Both the position numbers and the translations under genes were made by a program. From an uncultured Bdellovibrio sp. (GTDB lineage: Bacteria; Bdellovibrionota; Bacteriovoracia; Bacteriovoracales; Bacteriovoracaceae): 56,721 bases of DNA. The stretch covers positions 1 to 56,721 of the forward strand of contig CAYHRT010000001.1 in the NCBI GenBank assembly GCA_964359085.1. The letters run 5' to 3'. This document shows positions 35,416 to 43,983 of this stretch, piece by piece. Under the pieces are notes generated by a model that made no database searches, had not been told where the DNA came from, and saw only the letters and a list, made by a program, of their open reading frames with translations. How positions within the stretch are numbered: position 1 is the stretch's first letter; every line of letters begins with the position of its first letter.

Positions 35416-36369
35416 TCATGTTATAGATCTTCTGATCCAAGTTGCTTCGTGCTTGTTATGATAGAGATGAATAATCTGGGAGTCGGAAATGGCGAGAAAT
35501 TTTTCCACCGTTTCGTAATCCGTTTCTTTTTGAAACTTAATGGTGCAGACAAAATTTTGCACCCCCGCTGCTCGCCATTTTTCCACCAAATCAAAGAGAC
35601 GGTCGGGATAGCAGATGATATCGGAGAAAATCGCAAAGGGCCGGGAGACGCTGGATGGAATCAGTCCGAAAGCACTCTCCTGGTGATAATGCACCTTGGG
35701 ATGTTGGGCGATTCTTTCTTCCAAGGGGGCCTTATCGAAGGCATGGACCTCGGCCCCCAGCTGACTTAAAACATAGCTCCAGCCGCCAGGACAGGCACCT
35801 AGGTCAAAGATTATTTTCCCCTCCATCTCACGGGCAAAGTCAGGATGGTAGATGGTAAATACTTCCCATAATTTTAGATAGGCTCGTGAGGGCGGCGTTT
35901 TTTTGTCTTCGATAAATTCATGATATCCAAAGGGCACTTGGGCCTGGGGATTGAGACAATAAAAAAGCTCTTTCTCACTTATCAAGCCAAACACTCCAAA
36001 AGGTCCATCCGACAGAGGTGTGAACGATTCAAGCCGCTTTTTTTTAATGCTGGGCAATCCTTCACAAATTAGCTCCCCACGCCGGTGACAGTGAAAGGAG
36101 GCATGAACCCAACGCTTGGCCAGGCCTTTTAACTGCTGCTGGGCCTTGGCGATGGAAGTAAACTGAACGACGCCACAGTCGGGCCAAAAATCCTGTACCC
36201 AGATAGGCCGTCGTTTAGCATAGCTCAAAGCATCTCGGGGCACAAAAAAAAGAAGGTCTGATTTTACTATGACGGGAATACCAATGAGCGCAAGTTCACG
36301 ACTTAGCTCATCAGCAAAATCTTTTTTGGCCAGGAACACACTAAATGATTTGGGAAGAGTTGCGGCCAT
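35416..36369 (-). CDS. rlmM: RlmM-like 23S rRNA (cytidine-2'-O)-methyltransferase
   Basis: 317 aa. The SAM motif FDLGACPGGWSYVL and the downstream ..SDIICYPDRLFDLVEKW..FVCTIKF parallel E. coli RlmM (YgdE). Starts 9 nt after the U32 gene. Confidence 0.78.
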   Translation of the reverse strand: MAATLPKSFSVFLAKKDFADELSRELALIGIPVIVKSDLLFFVPRDALSYAKRRPIWVQDFWPDCGVVQFTSIAKAQQQLKGLAKRWVHASFHCHRRGELICEGLPSIKKKRLESFTPLSDGPFGVFGLISEKELFYCLNPQAQVPFGYHEFIEDKKTPPSRAYLKLWEVFTIYHPDFAREMEGKIIFDLGACPGGWSYVLSQLGAEVHAFDKAPLEERIAQHPKVHYHQESAFGLIPSSVSRPFAIFSDIICYPDRLFDLVEKWRAAGVQNFVCTIKFQKETDYETVEKFLAISDSQIIHLYHNKHEATWIRRSIT

Positions 36370-36378
36370 AAAGTGAGA

Positions 36379-38595
36379 TCACTCCTGCTTATCCAGAAAA
36401 AAATAAGTCATGCACTCCTCGATTACCGCCTGTCCCTTCTGACGTCCCGACAATATGGGTAGACGTAAATTTTTTGGGCAATTGGCAGGACATTCACCCA
36501 AGGTGTGGCGATGCACGCATACACGAGAAACAAAGAGTGGCGGTCTAAAACCGGCACCTACAGAGAATATTCTTCCGACAAGCGGCGCTTGATTTTGAGT
36601 ATCTCCTTCGATCCATGAATAGGCAAAGAGCAAACGTGGTACCGACGTGAAATAAAAGTGTGCCGCAGCACTATTGGCCACGTAACAAAAGAAATCTAGA
36701 AAGAAAAAAGTATTAGAACAACGTTTCGCCAAATCACGACTGAACGCCACCTGACCTAAATTATTGAGACCAACCAGAAATTTTTTTTCCGGATGAGCGG
36801 CAAGCAATTTCTCTAGCGTCTGATAATACAGCTCCTCATCAAGGACTACAGGTCTAAGAGGCATCACATAAAAATCACCTAGGCGTGCCAGGGAATCTAG
36901 GGCCATAGGAATAGTGGTTAAAAAAGGCAGCGCGCCGCTGGGAGAAAGGCTTTGGCGCGCAATTGGCATTGATATTGATGAAGATAAATTCTGTGGCCAC
37001 GGGGTGAGTCCTCCCAAATCTTCTAAAGCGAGAGCATTGGAAGAGACAGCTTGACGCTGAACCAGAAGATGCTTGGCAAGTTCACTATAGAAATCATTCT
37101 TGATACTCTTCAATTTAGAGGGAGGAATAAAGATCGTATCACTCGCCTGAGCGCTCTCGGTACAAAAAGTCACGGTGCCGATTTGAAAGGGATGTTCACC
37201 TGATTGCAAAAAAAGATCGGAAAGGATGGCACTGAAATCCCTTGGGACCCGGGCGGTATCAACCTGAACAGGATATGTTTTAGAATAGGTCTCACCACCT
37301 AGAACCGTCGTGAGGGTAAGCTCGGTGGCCTTGAGTTTGGCCTCCATCACCAGTTTCATGACATGTGAAGAAAAACTAGTGGCCTTCACTGCCTTTAAAT
37401 CCAGGTCGCGAGAAGAAATCAAAAACAGCTCTGAGCCAACAGGCGGTGGCGTGGAACATTCGACTTCGATCATCTGGCCGGCACGAGCGAAAAAACCGGG
37501 TGTGCGATTTCCACCCGCCACGACCACCAAACCTTTCAAGGCAAAACGCACTGGTTCAGGCAATGCAGATTTCTGGAAATACATCAGTCCGTCGTGGGCC
37601 GCAACGGCATGTTCGAGCGTTAACGAAAAGCCATCTCTCCAGGATTCGCGCACTTTGCCCAAAGGAACTCCACGATGGGAGGCATATTCGTTACTGAGCA
37701 GCTTTTCTCCTACGGAATTTGAAAAAAACGCCTTGGTGGTACCGCGTGAAAAGGTCAGAGAGACATTTTTTTCCAGTTGCTCCATTTCTTTTACCGGCAG
37801 AGGCGCACCATGATCGAGCACACGCCGATAAAGAGAGACTACGGCTTGAACGTACTCAGGCGGCTTCATACGCCCTTCTATTTTAAGAGAATCAACTCCC
37901 AGCGCCGCAAGCTGGAGGACCTCATTGGTCAGCGCCAAATCATTGCAGGAAAAATAGTGCCCGGCCTTACCTGCCCGCTGATAAGTGCTCCGACAAAGTT
38001 GGGCACATTCACCACGATTGGCCGAACGACCAAGCTGTGTGCCCGAGATCAAACACATGCCTGAGACGCTGTAGCAAAGAGCCCCGTGAATAAAAACCTC
38101 AAGTTCTATGTTAGGATTTTCTTTTCTTAGATGCGTGATCTCACTTAACGTCAACTCCCTCGGCAGAACCACACGCTTGACCCCGAGATTGGCAAGATGC
38201 TGGAGTCAGAGAGTATCATGCACGGCCATCTGAGTGGAGGCATGGATTGGCAGAGCGGGAAAATGACGTCTCAACATTTCAAGCACACCGAGGTCTTGGA
38301 TAATAACGCCATCGACGCCGATGGTGTCGAGGTCGAACAAGAGTTCGGCCACTCCCTGACGTTCATTCTCTTTAATCACGGTATTCATGGTCACTAAAAT
38401 GCGCTTGCCTTTTTCTGTGGCCAAACTGCGCAGGACTCTCAATTCCTGCAACGAGAAATTACGGGCGGCCTTGCGGGCCGAGAAATCAGACAGGCCAAGA
38501 TAAACGGCATCGGCACCCGCCAGGAAGGCATAATAGGCGGCTTCAAAGCTGCCAGCAGGTGCTAGCAGTTCCGGTTTTTTAATGGTGGTGGACAT
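36379..38595 (-). pseudogene. U32-family protein (RlhA/TrhP/UbiU-type) interrupted by one in-frame TGA
   Basis: Track ORFs 38206..38595 and 36379..38172 are in the same frame: ..IHASTQMAVHDTL-TGA(38208-38206)-LQHLANLGVKRVVLPRELTLSEI... The split falls inside the conserved U32 core. Downstream motif EVFIHGALCYSVSGMCL..RSANRGECAQLCR. Confidence 0.8.
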
Positions 38596-38656
38596 ACTTA
38601 TGGCGTATATACTCTCGGATGAGCCAACGCGTCAAGCTCCCTCATCTGTCCCTAGT

Positions 38657-39802
38657 CTAGAGTTCTTCACGTATGGCAGCGTGAGTGACATTGGGTGGAA
38701 TCCAATATTTAGTAATCGACCCAGCAGTACGCACGGCGCTTGAGTCAGGCGCGGAATCAAAAATAAGAGTGCCTAAATTAATGCCAATACCCGCAGAAAA
38801 ATAGCGCCGACGGATATTGTCCGTTTTATCGTCAGGTGTAAAATCTGGTTCATACCCTCGAGTAAAAAAACCAAAATCCAAAGTCAGATAGCGGGTAAAA
38901 ATGTTGTCTTTTAAGGTTGGCACACCTGCGGCCTTCAAACTTAGGAAAACTTTTTGCCCGCTATAGTCACTGGTCACATCCACAGTAGAAGGATTTCTCG
39001 GATTGCGATACTCATGACTCGGCCACCACTCCCAACGGATTCCCACAAACTCATCCAGTGCGGGATAACGATCCAGCATCCAAGCAAAAAAAACTCCCAT
39101 GTAATCCATAAACAGATCTTCTGTCGAAAAACGAAATTTGCTGAAACCATCGCCCACTTCTAAAGCAATCCCTACAAACGCTCCGGTATAAAGTCCAATT
39201 AGTCGGGCGGTCTTTATGTCATGCCCCGCCTGCAATGCTAACCAGGTACCCAGACGAGTTTCGAGGTAAAGACTGGTCATGTGTCCGACTTTGTCTGCAC
39301 CACCAGAATAAGAATTTTTATCAAACCAGTCCTCATTTCCAAATCCCATATGCACTCCGCCCTTCCCCCAATCCCAGGCGGAAGAACCAAAGACAACGAG
39401 AATGGTGGGAACCGCGATGGCCCAGCCTGTGGTCCAATGATCTCGTTGTTTTGGTGTCCACCCAAAAGCAGAATAATAATGGTTGGGAAAAAGTGACGTA
39501 TCATCGTGAGATACCTGGGCAACGTAGATATCTTGTTTAAGCTTCTCTGCCAGCTCTGTAGTTAAGGTCTGGGCCACATGGGCGCGAAAAGGATTTGATT
39601 GAATTTCTTGCGCCACCAAACGGTGGCGATTTAAAGTCGCTTGAACCTCTCCTATTGAAACTTCCGCTTTATAATGAATCCAAAAATCGTTGGGAGTTGG
39701 GGCCATATCTGAGGCATAAATTGTCGATGAGAAGAGCAAGATTAAAATCATCATAAGGATTCCGTTAAAAATTAAGAGACGTCTGGAGGCCGGGTATTTC
39801 AT
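38657..39802 (-). CDS. exported hypothetical protein
   Basis: 381 aa. Signal/anchor LLIFNGILMMILILLFSSTIYA. GGADKVGHMTS motif. The start may instead be at 39754, which would avoid the 38-nt overlap with the upstream gene. Confidence 0.55.
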   Translation of the reverse strand: MKYPASRRLLIFNGILMMILILLFSSTIYASDMAPTPNDFWIHYKAEVSIGEVQATLNRHRLVAQEIQSNPFRAHVAQTLTTELAEKLKQDIYVAQVSHDDTSLFPNHYYSAFGWTPKQRDHWTTGWAIAVPTILVVFGSSAWDWGKGGVHMGFGNEDWFDKNSYSGGADKVGHMTSLYLETRLGTWLALQAGHDIKTARLIGLYTGAFVGIALEVGDGFSKFRFSTEDLFMDYMGVFFAWMLDRYPALDEFVGIRWEWWPSHEYRNPRNPSTVDVTSDYSGQKVFLSLKAAGVPTLKDNIFTRYLTLDFGFFTRGYEPDFTPDDKTDNIRRRYFSAGIGINLGTLIFDSAPDSSAVRTAGSITKYWIPPNVTHAAIREEL

Positions 39803-40631
39803 CTTTTCTTATATAACTTATTTTGAAATCGTGTTTAAAAATCCATTCGTAGATGGGGTGGTTCTTATCATAATTGGAAGCATATCTTACACCTTCTGAA
39901 GCCAGCAATGAAATAAAAGCGGAAGCGATGACATCTGAGGCATAGTGTTTCTCGGAATGGACTCTTTCAAAGGCGGTTGCTACCGCGAGCGTCATGGGCA
40001 CCAGCGCGTACTGGGGCCCGTAAAACTGGAGGCTTTTAAAACCCAGAACCGTGTACCCAATCACATGGCCTGAAGGGAAGGAGGACTGTCCTCGAAAAGC
40101 GGTCTCCCAAAAAGACAAATCTTTTTTATCCGGCCGTTGATGCACTGGAATGATCGAAATGGCGAGAGATTCAACCATGGCCAAAGTTAAGGCACTCAAA
40201 TATTCCTGGGAAAATCTGACCGTTTTTACATCTTGGTGAGTTCTTCCCCAGTAATAAAAGGTCATGGGTAAAATAGGAGTGTTAAAAAAAATACTACTGT
40301 CACTCACGAAGCGAAAAAATCTTTCATTTTTATGTTTTCTAACCGCTTTTTGTGAAACTCGTTCATCGTTGTGAATAAAGTATCCCGTGGCAGCAACTGC
40401 AATGGCTGCAAAGATTAAGTTCTGGGTACCAGAAAATTGTTTATAGCTGGCCTGGTAGGCCCACTTCATGGATTGCAGAAAATCGTCTTTGGCATCAAAT
40501 TTAAGCTTGCTCAAGTCCTCGCTTTTTTCTACTGGTTCAACAGCTGTTTCGACACCGAATGCTGAAATCCCAAACAAGATTAAGGCCAACGATAAAATGA
40601 CTTTTATAGCTAAATTGTTAGGCAGGGACAC
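39765..40631 (-). CDS. PAP2-family phosphatase
   Basis: Signal peptide. PAP2 motifs PVHQRPD, SFPSGH and HSEKHYASDV. Confidence 0.8.
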   Translation of the reverse strand: MSLPNNLAIKVILSLALILFGISAFGVETAVEPVEKSEDLSKLKFDAKDDFLQSMKWAYQASYKQFSGTQNLIFAAIAVAATGYFIHNDERVSQKAVRKHKNERFFRFVSDSSIFFNTPILPMTFYYWGRTHQDVKTVRFSQEYLSALTLAMVESLAISIIPVHQRPDKKDLSFWETAFRGQSSFPSGHVIGYTVLGFKSLQFYGPQYALVPMTLAVATAFERVHSEKHYASDVIASAFISLLASEGVRYASNYDKNHPIYEWIFKHDFKISYIRKDEIPGLQTSLNF

Positions 40632-40692
40632 ACAAGACCCAATATTTGAAAGTAAAGCTTAGCAGGGTAGAAAAGGGAAGGACAAGGAGTAT

Positions 40693-42198
40693 TTAGAAGG
40701 AACAATTCATGAAGATTGGCAAATGGTCCGAAATTAATTCCTGATACACAGTCAAGGTACCTTTTTGATAGGAGTCTAAAACCTTTGTTTGAAAACCGAT
40801 GCTCAAGAAATCTACCTTCCCACTACTGTAGCGTGGAAGAGGTTTGCCTTTTTCCAGCTTCATTTCTGTCCTGAGGGAGTCCTTGAATTTCTCAAGATCC
40901 AATTGTTTTATAAGTTCATCTCCAGCCGGAAAAGATTCTCGATCAGTAAAATTGAACACATCACCACTCTCAGTATCGCAATTCGCCAAGCTTCCGCTTT
41001 TTGCAAAGACAAAGTGATCAAAAGCATTACTCAAATCTTCTTTTCCAACCGTTGAGAGTTTATTGATGTAAGGGACTGTTCCAAGAAAATTTTCCAACAC
41101 TCCCTTGTTATCATGCCATGCCTTGCTAAAGGCCGCGATGAGTTTGTCATTTTTCGCATTAGTCAGCAGGGGCTCTTCCTCTCTTTTCATACTCGTGGTC
41201 ATACTAGGGGCCATCAAGTTGAAATCACCATAGAGGAGTACGCTTTTTTGTTTAGAGGTCGAGACCAAACGCCCCAGGAAATTGCTGACGCTTTTAACTT
41301 CAGAAAAACGTGAGCTGGTTTCATATTTCTCTTCCACTTGGCTTTTTACCTTAGGATCATAAACATAACCGGTGTGAGTCTCAAAATCATAGACCTTCAG
41401 CATGGGGGCATATAACGCCTCATTAAGCCTACTTTTCTTCCCATTTCCGATAGTGGGATAACGATAACGAAAATGCACAGCCGCCATGGTAAAAGTCGAT
41501 TTACCAGCAGTAGCAGTAAAGGAGGCCAAAAAGGGCTTCCTTGCAACTTCGGCCTTAAATTCCTTGCTGGGAACAGCGCAAGCCAGGGCCTTACAATATT
41601 CTGTCTGGACCGGATTAATCACACTACCTCTATAAAAATAACCGGCCAACTCATTGTTTAGGGTATCTTCAGGATTAATGCCGAAGAGATCTGGAGATAA
41701 AATCAATGACCATGACGGATCTTTTATTTGCAAGAGATGCAGCACTTGTAAATACGAAGGAACGCGAAAGGGTAGACCGGTGCTTGGATTTTTGGCCAGC
41801 GCTTCGTTATAGACAATATCCTCTTTGGCCAAATGTTTCACTTCAATGGCGGCAACCAAATCAAATTGTCCAAGCACTTCGGCCAAAATTCGGTGATCCT
41901 TCAGCGCGGTCAACTTGTTTCCCTTGATATCTTGTTCCATCCCAAGATTATAAACATTGAAGCCCGCAATTTTAATCTGTGAGCGCTGTTCTGAACCGTC
42001 GCGCGCACCACACCCTTTTTTCTGTGTCAACGTGCTATCCACACAATAGTGCAAGTAACTTCCATTGCACTCAACCCTTAATTGCAATTGCTTCGCAAGA
42101 TGCAGCTTCGTAAATTCGCACACCGGCATTTCAGAAGAGGCCTGAAGCCCCAATGCGGGGGCCATGATAATCATCATTACACCAAAGATTTTTTTCAT
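40693..42198 (-). CDS. secreted endonuclease/exonuclease/phosphatase (EEP) family protein
   Basis: Start trimmed to ATG 42198 (MKKIFGVMMIIMAPALGLQA). N-terminal IAGFNVYNLG and C-terminal LISDHLPIFMN are typical EEP/DNase-I-like ends. Confidence 0.72.
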   Translation of the reverse strand: MKKIFGVMMIIMAPALGLQASSEMPVCEFTKLHLAKQLQLRVECNGSYLHYCVDSTLTQKKGCGARDGSEQRSQIKIAGFNVYNLGMEQDIKGNKLTALKDHRILAEVLGQFDLVAAIEVKHLAKEDIVYNEALAKNPSTGLPFRVPSYLQVLHLLQIKDPSWSLILSPDLFGINPEDTLNNELAGYFYRGSVINPVQTEYCKALACAVPSKEFKAEVARKPFLASFTATAGKSTFTMAAVHFRYRYPTIGNGKKSRLNEALYAPMLKVYDFETHTGYVYDPKVKSQVEEKYETSSRFSEVKSVSNFLGRLVSTSKQKSVLLYGDFNLMAPSMTTSMKREEEPLLTNAKNDKLIAAFSKAWHDNKGVLENFLGTVPYINKLSTVGKEDLSNAFDHFVFAKSGSLANCDTESGDVFNFTDRESFPAGDELIKQLDLEKFKDSLRTEMKLEKGKPLPRYSSGKVDFLSIGFQTKVLDSYQKGTLTVYQELISDHLPIFMNCSF

Positions 42199-42331
42199 AA
42201 TGCCACAAGCTATCTCAAACCTGAAAAACGACCTACTTTTATCTCCCACTCTGCACTTTTTACATATTGCCGATTGCCGACTTGTTCGTGGCCACGTTAT
42301 AAGCACGCCATCTCTATATCAGGAGCATTGT

Positions 42332-43000
42332 ATGAATCAGGTTCTCACAACAACCCTTGTGGCATTTTCTATTTTAATCACCTCCCTTGGAAGCATTTCA
42401 CTGGCGAGTGAAACTGTCCGAGACGTAAGAAGAGAAATGAAAGAGGGAACGATCAATCCAGAAAACACCTGCCTTGATGAATACATCGAGGAATCCAATA
42501 AACAGATATGGAAAACGGGACTAACTCCCCCAATCGGTGGGGCCGGAACCTTCGCTCTTGGTTTTGGAGGTGCTATGGCCGGTGGCTTTTTGGCACAACT
42601 TGTCGGGACAGTCGGCTGGGAGGCCCTGGGATTCATGGGAGTTGGTGCCTTTGTCGGACTGTGCGCAGGTACGAGTGTCCTCGCCACGCTCGAAGCCGTT
42701 GCTATCACCAAATTGGTACAAAACAACTTTTTGATAAAAGTTATTGCCGAAGCCAAGGGAGACCCTCAAATCCCGCGCAAAAATTTTACAAAATTTCTCG
42801 TCAAATATGATCATAAATATCCCGCTGATAAAATCTTCACTAAAACAGAAAGAGTCGCCGAGATTTTAAATACGGCCGATTTTGAATCCACACTCTGCGA
42901 TGGATCATTGGTAGGAAAAAAAGGTGGTTTGTTTAAAAAGAAAAACCGCACACTTGCCAGGAAAAATGAGATCTTTAAGTACATCAAGACCAAGATCTAA
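42332..43000 (+). CDS. membrane protein with glycine-zipper segment
   Basis: Start trimmed to ATG 42332 (caggag upstream). Signal peptide, then GGAGTFALGFGGAMAGGFLAQLVGTVGWEALGFMGVGAFVG. Confidence 0.5.
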   Translation: MNQVLTTTLVAFSILITSLGSISLASETVRDVRREMKEGTINPENTCLDEYIEESNKQIWKTGLTPPIGGAGTFALGFGGAMAGGFLAQLVGTVGWEALGFMGVGAFVGLCAGTSVLATLEAVAITKLVQNNFLIKVIAEAKGDPQIPRKNFTKFLVKYDHKYPADKIFTKTERVAEILNTADFESTLCDGSLVGKKGGLFKKKNRTLARKNEIFKYIKTKI

Positions 43001-43084
43001 TAAGCCCTTATGTCCACTTTTTGTCTATCGTTGGCCGCTTGACTGTTCTCACTGAAAATCGACAATGATGTAAGGAGGACAACA

Positions 43085-43528
43085 ATGTATAGCACCCTAA
43101 ATGAAGTGTTAGCAGAAAAGGGCGGGATAGTTTATCAGATTGAAGCTGATGCTACTGTTCAAGAAGCAGTCAAGAGCATGAAATCAAATAACATTGGCGC
43201 TGTCCTCGTCATGCATGGAAGTACTCCAGTTGGTGTCTTTACTGAACGCGATCTCTTAACTCGCGTGGTGGCGGAAGGCCTCGATCCAAATACTCTTTCG
43301 GTTTCTGATGCTATGACTCGAAATTTCTTTACGGTCAGACCCTCTTTAAGCGTGCATGACGCCATGACCATTGTCACAGAAATGCGCTGCCGCCATCTTC
43401 CCGTTTTGGAGAATGGCATCTTGCTCGGGATGATTTCGAGTGGTGACCTAACCAAATGGGTGGCCAACGATAGCCAGATTGAAATCCAACACTTGATAAA
43501 CTACATCACGGGAAAGTATCCCTTATAA
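43085..43528 (+). CDS. CBS-domain pair protein
   Basis: 147 aa. Two CBS repeats (VFTERDLLTRV.. and ..LGMISSGDLTKW). aaggagg upstream. Confidence 0.85.
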   Translation: MYSTLNEVLAEKGGIVYQIEADATVQEAVKSMKSNNIGAVLVMHGSTPVGVFTERDLLTRVVAEGLDPNTLSVSDAMTRNFFTVRPSLSVHDAMTIVTEMRCRHLPVLENGILLGMISSGDLTKWVANDSQIEIQHLINYITGKYPL

Positions 43529-43617
43529 CCTGAGTAAAAATTCCATACTCGTAGTTCCGAGATAGTCCCTTGTGATATGGGTTGCAGTGCTCGTTACAAG
43601 AACCCAAGGACTTAATT

Positions 43618-43980
43618 ATGAAGACAATTCTTCTTACACTTTCTATGCTCATAACCTTTTCTGCCTACGCTGATATCAGTGCCAAAGATGCCCTTAATAT
43701 TACAACCCAGGATGCTTTCGTCCGATTAAAGGATCATTTCCAATTAGAATCTCCCGACCAACTAAGGGACAGTATTTCGATAGCAAAAGCCAAAGATCTC
43801 CGCCAGATTGATGACCAAGAATTTAGAAATATTCTGAAAAAATATCCACGACAATCGGCCTTCTATATCAACGTTCAAATGAATGACTGTGTCGTTCAAT
43901 CGATGCTTTACATAATTGAAAAGAAATCGGGAAAAATTCGGGCAACTATTTTCATAGGTGACGAAATTTCTATTCAATGA
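43618..43980 (+). CDS. small secreted hypothetical protein
   Basis: Start trimmed to ATG 43618. Signal peptide MKTILLTLSMLITFSAYA. Confidence 0.5.
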   Translation: MKTILLTLSMLITFSAYADISAKDALNITTQDAFVRLKDHFQLESPDQLRDSISIAKAKDLRQIDDQEFRNILKKYPRQSAFYINVQMNDCVVQSMLYIIEKKSGKIRATIFIGDEISIQ

Positions 43981-43983
43981 CAA

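Noticed and set aside
38206-38208. In-frame TGA of the U32 gene as selenocysteine or an alternative genetic code (UGA as Gly or Trp)
   Set aside because: Other genes in the window clearly use TGA as a stop, for example sucA at 8911-8913 with sucB starting 4 nt later, so there is no global reassignment. The aligned position in U32 proteins, as I recall them, is not a Cys site, and I see no convincing SECIS-like hairpin just downstream. Nonsense mutation, sequencing error or leaky stop remain possible (see finding).
43527-43536. taacctgagt as another family-B terminus
   Set aside because: Only 9-10 nt match, with no complementary partner nearby. This is expected by chance at roughly the 10% level in this window.
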